DNA of 64,000 nucleotides, taken from positions 620,001 to 684,000 of the forward strand of contig NW_025767646.1 in assembly GCF_003918875.1 (NCBI RefSeq), in the 5' to 3' direction. Below are positions 13,060 through 25,861 of this stretch, piece by piece. The translations under genes and the position numbers were made by a program. Position 1 is the stretch's first letter, and each line of letters starts with the position of its first letter. The notes under the pieces were generated by a model, which was not told where the DNA came from, did not search any database, and worked only from the letters and a program-made list of their open reading frames with translations. The stretch comes from Haliotis rubra (Eukaryota).

Positions 13060-15151
13060 CTGAAAATGTTATTTTTTGGGATGGGATACAAGAAATTCTT
13101 TTTCTTATAAGTATATTCTCCTGAGTCCCTAATTTGTAAAACATGCCATTTGGCTGCCAAAATGGATATCTTGTTAATAAGATATAAAAAAATTATCAAT
13201 ATTCATCAAGTTTCATTAAAATCAGACCCTACGTTTGGTTACCACTAAACAAAGATCAGAGTATATCCTGTTTTGTGTTATGTCTTGACTATAGGCCATA
13301 TTCTCAACATTGAAATCCAGTGTTTGTTTTTTGTGGTAACAAGTAGCATGTTAAAAAACACACCACATGTTGACAAAATAAATCCTTAAAATACTGTAAC
13401 TAAAACCTATTTAATTTTTTTCTTAAAAACTGTAAAACATGACAAATTATGGTGTATTGAGACAGAGCCAAGTCTTTAGTGGAAGGAAGCACCTTGTGTT
13501 TTTTCCAAATCCTCATGCCCCAACCTTTTTTACCCTGTCTACTAAACATTTTAAAGTTAGATATTATTTCATTTACCTACAACCCTAAACTTTTGAGCCA
13601 AAATTCTTTTTAAAAATTCTAAAAGATATTTGTCTGTATTCAACATTATCAAATGACAATCTCATATTTAACTAGAACCTTAAACTGTGCTTTCCAGACA
13701 ACATCTTGAAAAATGCAGCCCCTCCTTCCACGGATGTCAAGGTTGACATGTATATTTTCATGTTAAGATACTGATGGTACTCATCTGTCACCATGGAGAC
13801 AGGTGGATGGTTTTCCTGCTGCTGGAAATAGCAAGTGCAGTGATTACACCCAAGCCCAGCCTCTTACAGATGACAGGACATGTCCTCCGCTAATTAACAT
13901 TTATAGATATTTTAAGAAATATGCGCACTTGGTGATATGTGAACGAGGTGACAGATTTTGAGATATTAGAGCAGGTAGGCTTTGGCAAGCCATGGCAATT
14001 AATACTTCTCTGTGAGTCTCTGTGGGGTTTAGCTCACCTGCCTGTTATCCATGGTTGTCAGATTGTCTATAAAGTTTTTGAACGGCATTTAGAAGTGATG
14101 CACATACCTTTTAAGTATTCATATATTTTGAAATTGTTTGCTGCTTTGAAGTGGTGTAATGTATCACGCTGAAATTTGTATGGATAGTTCAAGTCTGATA
14201 TGTTTGATTTAAGAAGAATCTTTTAGTAAAAAACTGTAAATTTAAAAGGGATTTTTTAAACTTAAAGATGCATGATTGTTGATATGATCACCTTAAGTGC
14301 TACCAATTTTTTGCCAGGCATCATGATCGGAAATCAAATATAACCTGAATAGGCCTATTGGAAAGTGTGAAAAAAAGGTTCCGTCATCCATTTTTCAAAT
14401 CCAAGAACCATATATAAGAAGCTTTTTATGTCCATTACTCAGTAATTTCTGCTCATTGCAATGAACTTAAATTCCCTCGTGCTCTATACTCATCTGTCTC
14501 CTCTGAAATTGCTTCTGAATGAGGATGATGAACTTGCATGTATGGTTCTCCTCATGCTGACATCATATTGTGTTCAATTCATGATTATTTTGAGCATGGC
14601 TTTTGAGAAAAAATTGAAAAAATGCAAAACATTTCCTCCTTCAAAAGTGTATGAGGCTGAGATTGTGTAAAGTAAATGAAACTGGTGTGGTGTCCCAACA
14701 GTACATCATCCATCCATCCATTCAGCCCTCCCTCCATCTCTCCCTTCATCCATCCATCCATTGTGGAACCAGAGATGCTTGTTCCATATTTGTTAAAGCT
14801 CTTGTCATCAGTATTCATGCAGGAAATACTATAATAGCATTGCTATCAACTCTCTCACTGTACGGCGGTCTGCTGCAGGTGAGCTCCAGTACCAAGGCAC
14901 TACTTGAGAGGGAAGCATGTGGCACATTTCCTGTGTATCTTTAAGATAAGGGCACTTGGCAAACTGGAATAATAGGATACAGTTTATATGGTGAGATACA
15001 CCATTGATATATGCAGGTACTCAATAGCATATTTTGGGAATAGAATGAAACATACCGACCCAAGGAATCCGTACTTAAATATATACGCTGCTTCTTCAGA
15101 ATAATCTATTCCCGTTGTTTCTCTTTAGATTTTTTGTGTGTGTGCGTGCAT

Positions 15152-15302
15152 GAGTCCTAATGGTTAAAGTGTCTGCTCATCAAAATGAAGGCCCTGGTTC
15201 GATTCCCCACATGAGTACAATGTGTTAAGCCCATTTCTGGTGTCCCCCGCTGTGATATTGCTGGAATATTGCTATAAGTGGCATAAAACTATACTCACTC
15301 AC
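15152..15302 (+). mobile_element. SINE family A, CpG-decayed
   Basis: cctaatggttaaag..ggttcgattccccacatg..gcccatttctggtgtcccc..actcactc. Confidence 0.9.
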
Positions 15303-15654
15303 TTTGGATTGGATGAGGAGGAACATATATATAGTACTGGTATATGCAAAGCTTCTGTGTGTTAATGATGGCTCCGACAGAACTTTGACAGAGTATGGGA
15401 TATTCTGCTATTATTCTGTTTATTGATATTTACAGAAAAAAATCAATGGTAGAATTAATTTATTAAAATATACTGTTGAGGAATCCTGAGACAGCTGATT
15501 GTCAGAAACTAAAGTGTAATCTAAACTTGCCAACTATACACGCTGTATTGGATGAATATCTTCCAGTGTTAGCGTGACAGAAATATGTATGTAGTCCATA
15601 GTAGATCTAGTCAGTCGTACAGACCCTGAAGTAAATATATCCAAAAAAGCCCAC

Positions 15655-15800
15655 GCAAGTCTAGAAAATGTGGCAAGTCTAGATTTCCTCAGCTTCAGGA
15701 AAATGAAGAAAGTCTCAGGGCTCCTTTTCATTATATTTTTTTTTTACTATGAACTTTTTTTTAAAATATGTTCATTTCAGAGACTAGTTGTTAGTCAATA
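15655..15800 (+). mobile_element. Family E, degenerate fragment
   Basis: gcaagtctagatttcctcag..gggctccttttca..ttcagagactag. Confidence 0.55.
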
Positions 15801-15884
15801 GTAGATCATTAGGGGTTTATAGTCAAGGAGGATAATAAAGATTTTATGAATGCTTTGTTTGGTGTGTGGACAACTTGACTGAAC

Positions 15885-16070
15885 CAGCTGTTGTTTCATG
15901 TGTCTTGCTTGTTGCTTAGCAACACACTCAGCATTATGCTAGTTACGCAATCATGACCTGTAGATAATCAAGTCTTAACCAGACAAACTGGTAATTGATA
16001 ACAGCAGCAGGTCCATCAGCTCATCTCCAGCAAAAGTTCTTGGGACTAATTGTTACCAGCAATCCACAAG
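15885..16070 (-). mobile_element. SINE family B, highly degenerate
   Basis: cactcagcatt..ctgtagataatcaagtc..ccagacaa remnants. Confidence 0.5.
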
Positions 16071-16677
16071 AGAATTCTACCATTGCCATGTAAATAGCAA
16101 TGCTCCTAATGTTACTAGTGAACCTTGATGTAAGACATCAGCAGGCCAACTAAACTGATATTGTATTTTGAAAAGACATCGGCCATGTTAAGATCTGTTT
16201 GTGTCCAGCATAGTGTAAAGTATGGAATGGATTTTGGAATGGAACAGTGGAATGAAATTTGGAATGGAATTTGGAGTGACACAAAATTGCTAGTGAGCTA
16301 GCACATTATAAACAAGTCTCCACTCTTATATGCTAAGACAGTTTATAAACAGCTGATCACTGATATATAGCACGTAAGCAAAGGGACCCTTGTGTCCTTA
16401 GTCACAACTGTATAACCTCGGCATCTTCATGTCAGTTTTCCAGCCACATAAGTGATTTTGATCTCCCACGCGTCTAGTTTGGAAAGTCTTTGTTCTATAC
16501 TTTTGCTTGTTTCATTGTATTGCTACATCTTGAATATGACTAAACAGGAGGAAAGTTTGCTTTTGACAGTAACTCCAAACAGTGAAATCCCTAGTGCCTA
16601 TTTAATTGCACTTTTGACAAAAACTTGGTCAAGCCAAACATGAGCACATATCATACAGACTGTTCAATGTGCTGCAG

Positions 16678-17923
16678 TAGACCAACGCTTAGTCTCTGAA
16701 TATATATAATTTTGATAGTAACAAATAAACCAATTTAAATTGAAGAGGAGGCCCTAGAGAGACCAGAGATTCCTGAACCTGGGGAAATCTAGACCAATGC
16801 TTAGTCTCTGAATATATATAATTTTGATAGTAACAAATAAACCCATTTAAATTGAAAAGGAGGCCCTAGAGACACCAGAGATTCCTGAACCTGGGGAAAT
16901 CTAGACCAACGCTTAGTCTCTGAATATATACAATTTTGATTGTAACAAATAAACCCATTTTATTTGAAAAGGAGGCCCTAGAGAGACCAGAGATTCCTGA
17001 ACCTGGGGAAATCTAGACCAACGCTTAGTCTCTGAATATATATAATTTTGATTGTAACAAATAAACCCATTTTATTTGAAAAGGAGACCAGAGATTCCTG
17101 AACCTGGGGAAATCTAGACCAACGCTTAGTCTCTGAATACAATTTTGATTGTAACAAATAAACCCATTTAAATTGAAAAGGATGCCCTAGAGAGACCAGA
17201 GATTCCTGAACCTGGGGAAATCTAGACCAACACTTAGTCTCTGAATATATATAATTTTGATAGTAACAAATAAACCCATTTAAATTGAAAAGGAGGCCCT
17301 AGAGACACCAGAGATTCCTGAACCTGGGGAAATCTAGACCAACGCTTAGTCTCTGAATATATACAATTTTGATTGTAACAAAAAACCCATTTTTTTATTT
17401 GAAATCTAGACCAAGCTTAGTCTCTGATTTTGATTGTAACAAATAAACCCAGAGAGACCAGAGATTCCTGAACCTGGGGAAATCTAGACCAACGCTTAGT
17501 CTCTGAATATATACAATTTTGATTGTAACAAATAAACCCATTTTATTTGAAAAGGAGGCCCTAGAGAGACCAGAGATTCCTGAACCTTAGTCTCTGGGAA
17601 ATCTGAAAAGGAGACCAAGCTTAGTCTCTGAATATATACAATTTTGATTGTAACAAATAAACCCATTTTATTTGAAAAGGAGGCCCTAGAGAGACCAGAG
17701 ATTCCTGAACCTGGGGAAATCTAGACCAACGCTTAGTCTCTGAATATATACAATTTTGATTGTAACAAATAAGCCCATTTTATTTAAAAAGGAGCCCCAG
17801 TGAGTTGGGAGATTCAGGGGAACCTGAACCTGGGGTTATCTAGACTTGCTTCATTTAGGGCTTTAGCATTGCAGGGAGGGCTAGGTGGAAGGCAAAATCA
17901 TGTGGTTCAGGGACTGTCAGACT
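16678..17923 (-). mobile_element. Family E copy whose terminal 112 bp is tandemly amplified about 11 times
   Basis: Units start tagacc at 16678, 16790, 16902, 17014, 17115, 17223, 17335 ... 17722; the last unit runs into the rest of the element; tgctgcag on both flanks. Confidence 0.92.
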
Positions 17924-18505
17924 GCTGCAGTATCATGTGTTTTACAAAAGTTTGTTAAACTCGCCTACCCCTACCATAAATATGAGAGCTCAATCATCTC
18001 TAATTTGACAGGAGCAGGTGGTGAGATCCACTCAGTTCTACTGGCAAACAAGGATAAGTTGAGCACCGACCTGACAATTGGCCTGTATTAGCATGTATGA
18101 GTGCCACCCACTGACGCTTGCCATTGTGAGCGAAGGGACGTCAGGTTGTCCTCGATCAAGTGTAGTGCCATGGGTGAAGCGGGTGGCCTGTCTCAGCAAA
18201 CACCGAGTTCGACAGGGGCGCAGAATCAATTTCATCGTCATGCACTGCACATGCACTAGCCTACATCTGCTCTACCTTTCACAAACCAAATGGGTTTGCT
18301 CATTGCTGTGCACCACTTCTCGTAACCACGTTCTCGACACCGGTCCAACTTATCTTTGTTTGCCAGTACGGTGTCTTGTGTTACTGTTTTCCGCTGAAGG
18401 TAAGGATTTCTCACAAAGCTCAATGTACTCTCTAGGTTACATCTCTCTGTCATCCTGGGTACAGACTTCCTGCAGGAAAGTGATGCTATGATAGACTTTT
18501 GTGTT
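17924..18505 (+). pseudogene. Gypsy/Ty3-like aspartic protease remnant interrupted by a MITE
   Basis: AAVSCVLQKFVKL..NLTGAGGEIHSVL|RCLVLLFSAEGKDFSQ..LNVLSRLHLSVILGTDFLQESDAMIDF after removing 18041-18366 and allowing one frameshift; ILGxDFL motif. Confidence 0.75.
18041..18366. mobile_element. Tc1/mariner-type MITE
   Basis: TIR ctggcaaacaa(g/a)gataagttg at both ends, TA on both sides; removal rejoins the protease reading frame. Confidence 0.88.
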
Positions 18506-19074
18506 CATTTCTTCCTTGTTCAAAATACTTCCTCATCCCTGCCTCCTTCAAGTTTCTTAAAAACATCTTCAGAAGCTAAGTTTGTCCAACACAATTATAG
18601 TGAAACATCCAATGTTGTTCAGACGTACTTCAAGTTTCTTTAAATCACCTCCAGCAGTCTAAATTGTCTAAAGCTATGACACTGAAACCGCTGGTCACAC
18701 CTCGTTCAAAGTACAGATTCTGATAAAATGTGGCTTGTATGGTGGATGGAGTAGGCTCTGTCATCATCACTCGAGATGGTACCGTTTCAAAGATGTCTGC
18801 TGCTATGAGCTTGTTTTCCCTGGGCAACTGAAACTAGCATTTAACACAGTCTGTTATCAATATTTAACATTAAAATGACACTCAAGACTCTAAGTGAAAT
18901 CGTAAAAGAAACACTGGATATTGCTTATGACAGCTGGGAGAGGCAGCAAACATGAATGGAATGTCTATGCATTTTATTAATTACTGCTAATACATAATCA
19001 TGCATGCATATGCAAATATTCACTGATATGTACTAAATGAAATTAAAACTTTATAGATGAAACATTTTTTTCCA

Positions 19075-19305
19075 ACCCGCGAAAGACCCAGGTCATAATT
19101 GTTAATCAGTAACCCATGCTGGTTGTGAGAAGCAATTAATGGGATTGGGTAGTCAGGCCTGTTGACTCGATCCTATCCCAATTGTGTAAATCGATGCTCA
19201 TGCTGTTGATCACTAGATTGTCTGGTAAAGGTTCCATTATTTACAGACTAGTGCCATATGGCTGGAATATTGCTGAGTGCAGCGTTAAACAACAAACAAA
19301 CAAAC
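19075..19305 (+). mobile_element. SINE family B, CpG-decayed full-length
   Basis: acccgcgaaag..cagtaacccatgct..gctggaatattgctgagtgc..(aaac)n. Confidence 0.9.
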
Positions 19306-19941
19306 ATACCATTATTTCCGTGTGGTTAGAATATACTACTACTGACTATAGATAATCTATCACAACCAGATTGTTTTTGTGATATATCAACTACAGTAAT
19401 GTGAACAAAATATCTGTTTGTATCTTCTTTTTTCGAAGTATATCAAAATGATGAACACTATATATTATTTTGTGAATAAAAATATAAGATATTTCCCAAA
19501 ATGTCTCAAAAATAAATTGTAAACTTTGCACAGTGGTTAATAAGTTTTCCTCCGTTATAAAATGCAGACAACTTCTCTAAATTTTCTGTTGCAAATTTAA
19601 TATCTACATTTTATTACAACTCTTTCTCTCAGCCTTCTCATCAGTGGACTCCTTAGGTATATGTGTGATAAAAAAGGTGATGGGTTTGAAAATAATTCAA
19701 ATTCTAAGGATGTTTAATAAAAATCTTCTGCCAATACAAGGAAGCCAAAAATTTTTTCAATTTTGGGTGCTGCATATCATAATTTCCTTTTTTAGATATT
19801 AACCCAGTCAGATCATAATGCACTCCTTTAAGTTATGTAAACATTTCATGGTGAGCTGGTACAGGTGAAACAGAAGTGTCAGGAAGAGCTTACATTTTAT
19901 TTATTTTTTTAAGTTCAGGGTATTGTTCATTTCATGATAAA

Positions 19942-20105
19942 CTGCTGACTTGGTTGACACATGTCGTCGTATCCCAGTTGCGTAGATAAATGCTCATGCT
20001 GTTGATGACTGGATTGTCTGGTCCAGATTTGATTATTTACAGACCACCGCCATATAGCTGGAATATTGCTGAGTGCGGCGTTAAACAACAACCGACCAAC
20101 CAATC
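19942..20105 (+). mobile_element. SINE family B, 5'-truncated
   Basis: gctgacttggttgacacatgtc through tail (aacc)n. Confidence 0.9.
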
Positions 20106-20828
20106 AACCCTCATGAAGAACTCTGTTGAGATGAAAGCTCTCATATTTGTGAAACAGATATGATATCACCTTGGACTGCAATGAAGTCATCATACAGCAG
20201 AGAACTATATGCTTGAACTGACCAGGTGCACAGAATGTTGAAAAAAAACACACACTACTAAACCAATTTGTTCTGGTACTTATATATCAGTTCAAAAGTT
20301 AATAAACATGGTCTCCATTTCATCAGGTCAAATGTCACATTTGCAAATTTGGGATTGACCAAAAAATAAAAATATTAAGAAACATATTCATTCTTCATGA
20401 ATAGTCCTGGAGAATGCCAGACTGCAAACACAAGTAACATTTTTCATTTATTAGGATTGCTGTTCACACTTGTCAGTCCAGAAGTTGTCGTAAACCCATG
20501 TTCATATCATTCCTGATTGAACATCAAATAAATGCTCAGTTCTTACTTCATGTCAAATGCTTAGGAAATGACCAGGGACTAATATATTATGCTCATGATG
20601 TGGACAGGTGCCATTAATTGTAATTACTATCGTCCATTTCCCAATTTTTATTTTAAATTGTATATTTGAATATTTTATGTATGCTTCACAAAACTGTTGA
20701 TTATCTCTCCTCTCAAACACGACCTGGGTGAAACAGTTGAAGAAAATGATAATATTTTTTTTCAAAATGTAAATAAGTAAGTGTTTGATATTTGTGGCTT
20801 TATTAGCAGAAGATCTGATAAATATAGA

Positions 20829-22560
20829 TCTTATCACACCACATACTGTTCAGAATGCCAGGACACCTTGTTGATGTAATCCTAGCTACATCTTATCACA
20901 CCACATACTGGTCAGAATGCCAGGACACCTGGTTGATGTAATCAGGACACCTGGTTGATGTAATCAGGACACCTTGCTGATGTATTCAGGACACCTTGTT
21001 GGTGTATTCAGGACACTTTGTTGATGTAATCAGAACACCTTGTTGATGTATTAAGGACACCTTGTTGATTTATATGGGACACCTTGTTGATGTATTCAGG
21101 ACACTGGGCTGATGTATTGAGGACACCTTGCTGATGTATTCAAGACACTGTGTTGATGTATTCAGGACACCTTAATGATGTAATCAGGACACCTTGATGA
21201 TGATGTTACCAGGACACCTTGTTGATGTATTCAGGACACCTTGTTAATGTATTCAGGACACCTTGCTGATGTATTCAGGACACCTAGCTGATGTATGCAG
21301 GACACATTGTTGATGTATTCAGGACACCTTGATGAGGATGTTACAAGGACACCTTGATGGTGTATTCAGGACACTGGGCTGATGTATTCAGGACACTTTG
21401 CTGATTTCTATGGGACACCTTGTTGATGTATTCAGGACACCTTGCTGATGTATTCAGGACACCTTGTTGATGTATTCAGGACACCTTTGATGTATTTCTA
21501 TGGGACACCTTGTTGATGTATTTGATGTATTCAGGACACCTTGTTGATGTATTCAGGACACCTTGTTGATGTATTCAGGACACCTTCAGGACACCTTGTT
21601 GATGTATGCAGGACACATTGTTACCAGGACACCTTTGTTGATATTCAGGACACCTTGATGTGATGATGTTATGTATTCAGGACACCTTGTTGATGTAATC
21701 AGGACACCTTGTTGATGTATGTTACCAGGACACCTTGACACCTTGTTGATTTAACCAGGTCATCAGCACACCTTGATGATTACCAGGACACCTTGTTGAT
21801 GTAAGCAGGGCATCTTGTTGATGTATTCAGGATACCTTGGTGATGATGTTATCAGGACACCTTGTTGATATAATCAGGACACCTTGATGGTGTATTCAGG
21901 ACACTGGGCTGATGTTTTCAGGACACCTTGCTGATGTATTCAGGACACCTTGCTGATGTATTCAGGACACTTTGCTGATTTATATGGACACCTTGTAGAT
22001 GTATTCAGGACACCTTGTTGGTGTATTCAGGACACTGGGCTGATGTATTCAGGACACTGGGCTGATGTATTCAGGACAAATTGTTGATGTATTCAGGACA
22101 CTTTGCTTATTTCTATGGGACACCTTGTTGATGTTTTCAGGACACCTTGTTGGTGCAATTAGGTCACCTTGCTGATGTATTCAGGACACCTTGTTGATGT
22201 ATCCAGGATACCTTGATGATGATGTTACCAGGACACTGTGTTGATATAATCAGGACACCTTGTTGATGTGATCAGGACACCTTGTTGATGTAATCAGCAC
22301 ACCTTGATGTTACCAGGACACCTTGTTGATGTATCCAAGACACCTTGATGTAGTCAGGACACCTTGATGATGTTGTTACCAGGACACCTTGTTGATTTAA
22401 CCAGGTCACCTTGTTGATGTGATCAGGACACCTTGTTGATGTATTCAGGACACCTTGTTGATGTAATCAGCACACCTTGATGATGTTACCAGGACACCTT
22501 GCTGATGTAAGCAGGGCATCTTGTTGTCAGGACACCTTGCTGATGTAATCAGAGAGCCTT
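20829..22560. repeat. 22-bp minisatellite (caggacaccttgttgatgtatt)n with 25-bp variants
   Basis: About 1.7 kb tandem array, preceded by a 62-bp direct repeat containing the unit. Confidence 0.97.
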
Positions 22561-23424
22561 GCACCTAGAATTGTACAAATATTACACCGTGGAACAACAT
22601 AACCGTGTCAAACAGGACAGTTAGGCAATAGGAGGATGCATATCGGGAACCGTCGTTAGGACGAATTCGTTCGTGAGTTTTCGCCGCATCAATAGGCGCA
22701 GGAAAAAAGGGGGGGGGGGATGCGATCGTAAAATCATACATTTGAGCCTTCCTTGATAGATGATTCATGAGCCTGTATAGTAAATAGTCTAAAAATACTT
22801 ATTCAAACGTAACCAATACTTTGTGCAATGACGTGCTTTAAGATGTGTACACATTAAACTTTTTCATGTAGTTTTAGAGTCAACAAATATCAAGGTCGAG
22901 GAAGTCAGCACGGAAGGGATTAAGTAAGAACGCTATACAGAGTTGCCTCCCCTACATTGTGACTGCGTTGGAACACCGTGGGAAAATAGGCTGGTAGGAT
23001 TATTACAAATGGCCAAGTTCAGTACACGACCGCAGCTTATATTTTATATCTTCTCCAAGTACTAAAGCAACAGAAACTAATTCATGTGCCCTTATCAATT
23101 CGGCAAATGACTGGCGAACACGCGACCCCTGCGGTTTAAGTATCATTGCCCGACTCTGCGCCAAGTGAGCTCGATTGACTAAGTCTCAGTCAAGGTCTTC
23201 TGAAGCTGGTAAAGCCGTAATGGGTTTCTGTGTGCTTCTAGTCTGTGGCGGGTCATGAAGCGCGAGCGGTTACGGGAACACTTTGACCGACCACACATTT
23301 CTGAAGGTGAAGGAGCTCCACCTAGCGAAGGAAAAATGCATACTCAGTTTATTACTCACACGATTATATTGTTTGTATAAAACATAAAGCATATATTTTC
23401 AACTCTTTCGGTTGTGTCAGAAAG

Positions 23425-23507
23425 ACCTTCACATATTGTAGTCATGAGAGGAATCGAACCACGGTCTTCGGTGTGATGAGCGAACGCGTTTACCACTAGG
23501 CTACGCC
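23425..23507 (-). mobile_element. SINE family A, head fragment
   Basis: ggaatcgaaccacggtcttcggtgtgatgagcgaacgcgtttaccactaggctac. Confidence 0.8.
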
Positions 23508-23869
23508 ATAGGCGGATCGAAACACACACACACACGCACGCACGCTCACACACAAACGATCCGCCAATGTATCCCATCACCCCAGAACGCTTAGGATTCG
23601 ATAGAATCGACATTAACCCATACTTAATCCCTCGCCTTGAAGCAACTAGTGTTAAAATCATTGATTGAAGTTTTTGAAATTCACAAACCTACATTCTCGG
23701 CTACTGATTTGCTCATACTCTCAACCACTGGTTTGTCAAGTCCATAGACGTGAACGAAGTTATAGCTGTGGTGACAGTTTTGTGTGAAACACCACGATGA
23801 ACCAACGCACAGTCTCTATGTGTGTATCTTGGCTGCTCAAGGTTGAATCTGGTACAAGATCTCAAGTCT

Positions 23870-23955
23870 CCATAATCACCAGGGGACTCTGGTGAACTGA
23901 GATTCAAACCCAGGGTCGTGGGTTTTTGGGTTCCCAAGGGACACAACTCTGCCAA
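23870..23955 (-). mobile_element. SINE family D-like head fragment
   Basis: Reverse complement gcagagttgtgtcccttggg..gtttgaatctcagttcacc matches 24503-24564. Confidence 0.5.
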
Positions 23956-24002
23956 AGGAACTGTAGTACTTGGACGACTGCATTGGACTGGTCTGCCCTT
24001 AA

Positions 24003-24353
24003 TGGTGAGGTGAAATTGGGTTAACGTCGTGCTTGAGAATATTTCGCTCATATGACGACGTGCATGCGTGTGTATGTGTATGTGCTGCTGCTTGTACTAG
24101 CCCAGACTGAAGCTGGTTTTATAGTGCTAGCCCACTGAGATACCATGCCGCAGTGAAGCATGAATACCCCACTCAGACACATTATACTGACTCCGAGCCG
24201 ACCAGTCCTTGTTGTACCCATTAATGCCGAGCGCCAGACAGGGACCAACAAGTACCATATTTTAACGTCTTTTGGTATGACGCGATCGTGGATCGAACCC
24301 GCGACCTTCCGCTCTCCGGGCGGACGCTCTAACCACTACACCACGGAGGCGGA
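24003..24353 (-). mobile_element. SINE family C (tRNA head, Meta-like core), full-length
   Basis: A box tggtgtagtgg, B box ggttcgatcc, core gtcataccaaaagacgttaaaatatggtac; 11-bp TSD tctgcccttaa (23992-24002 / 24354-24364). Confidence 0.92.
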
Positions 24354-24499
24354 TCTGCCCTTAAAAACAACATTGTGCAAATGTGGATTCAAATGACAGT
24401 TTTAGTTTGCCCTCATCAATGTGCTCGAACTGCTCTGGGGGAAACGTCCACGGCCTGCGTGCATCACTCTCGACCAACATCAAACAAGCCTCAATTCAC

Positions 24500-24712
24500 T
24501 GCGCAGAGTTGCGTCCCTTGGGCACGTCAAGATCCTATCATCCTGTTCGAATCCCGGCTCACCTGGGTTTTCTTTCTGTGTTTGTCCTCGCAATACCCGT
24601 GTTCGTGGGTGTCGGAGACCTGCATCACTTCCGTCCTTCCTCCCAAGTGCTACGACGTGCCTACAAGAATACTGCTCAAACCAGCGTTAAACCCAACTCA
24701 CTCACTCACTCT
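24500..24712 (+). mobile_element. SINE family D (tRNA-like B box, related tail)
   Basis: gttcgaatcccgg B box; tail gaatactgctcaaaccagcgttaaacccaactcactcactc. Confidence 0.6.
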
Positions 24713-24715
24713 GAT

Positions 24716-24960
24716 ACCCGTGAAGGTCCGGGTTAGAATATTGATCTTCAGTAACCCATGCTTGTCCTAAGGGGCGACTAACGGAAGCGGGTTGTTAGGC
24801 TGCTGACTTGGTTGACACATCGGTTCCCAATTGCGCAGATCGACGCTCATGCTGTTGATCACTGGATTGTCTGGTCCAGACTCGATTATTTACAGACCGC
24901 CGCCATATAGCTGGAATATTGCTGAGTGTGGCGTAAAACTAAACTCACTCGCTCACTCAC
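24716..24960 (+). mobile_element. SINE family B, full-length, inserted in the tail of the family D copy
   Basis: acccgtgaaggtccgggttagaa to (actc)n; ctcactctga on both sides. Confidence 0.93.
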
Positions 24961-25596
24961 TCTGACATCAAGCTGATACGTCGGATTAGCACTGAATGGT
25001 TTTCGAAATGGCATTAAACGAAACTCTGTCTTACTAACCTGTAAATAACACATGTCTTTAAGAATATGCACATACAAATATTCATATAACTTGCCCTTCT
25101 AACCCAGTCTTACGTTCACTGCATGGTGTGACCCGGGACACCCACCTAATGTCATGTAATGTCATGCAGTGTCATGCAGTGTGTACATTCACAGGGAGTC
25201 GTCAAATATAAACAAAGTCTTACCTCGGCTTGCTGAAAATCAGGAAGTGATGCACGTGTGCACAAACAACATTAACCTATGTAATACCCTCAGGTTAAAC
25301 TGACTTCCCCTCCTAGAACTCCGTGTCAAGTTAACTGTCGAAGGTTGAATTTAAGCCCAAACATGACCAGCTTTGCTCTGGAGCAGCAGCACCTCTTGCA
25401 GAGGCCCCGACAACATACAGAGACAGTTTCGGATGAGGAGGATATTCCCTCGATTTTTCTGTTGTACATTTAGACAATTAATAATATATTTTTTAAATTT
25501 AGAGCCAAAACGTTAGTTTTAGGTCCTCAACCCAGGTAGTGTTGACCGTATATGACTATATGGCAGTACATGAATGTCCTCGCGTTGAGGGCCGTA

Positions 25597-25733
25597 GGGG
25601 CTGTTGGGTAGTCTGGTGGTTGAAGAGTTCACTCGTCACGCTGAAGACCCGGGTTCGATTCCCCACATGGGTACAATGTGTGAAGTCCATTTCTGGTGTA
25701 GCCCGCTGTGATATTGCTGGAATATTGCTAAAG
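25597..25733 (+). mobile_element. SINE family A
   Basis: Head and body match; tail truncated. Confidence 0.88.
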
Positions 25734-25861
25734 GGCACACCGACGGGACGGCACACATGACCTGGACTCGATTCCATCTGTGTTCACAGTCTTTAAGACT
25801 CGCTTTCTAAGGTCTGCTGTGATAATACTGTACTTAGGTACATAACGGTACTTTCCTTGAT

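Noticed and set aside
14823-14878. Isolated plus-strand exon candidate (GNTIIALLSTLSLYGGLLQ|gtgagc)
   Set aside because: Good donor but no partner exons or homology; a chance match cannot be excluded.
16222-16305. (GGAAT)-rich patch followed by the palindrome tgctagtgagctagca
   Set aside because: Single occurrence with no definable ends.
18645-18827. Minus-strand exon candidate after tttcag (LPRENKLIAADIFE..)
   Set aside because: One open frame but a weak donor and no recognisable product.
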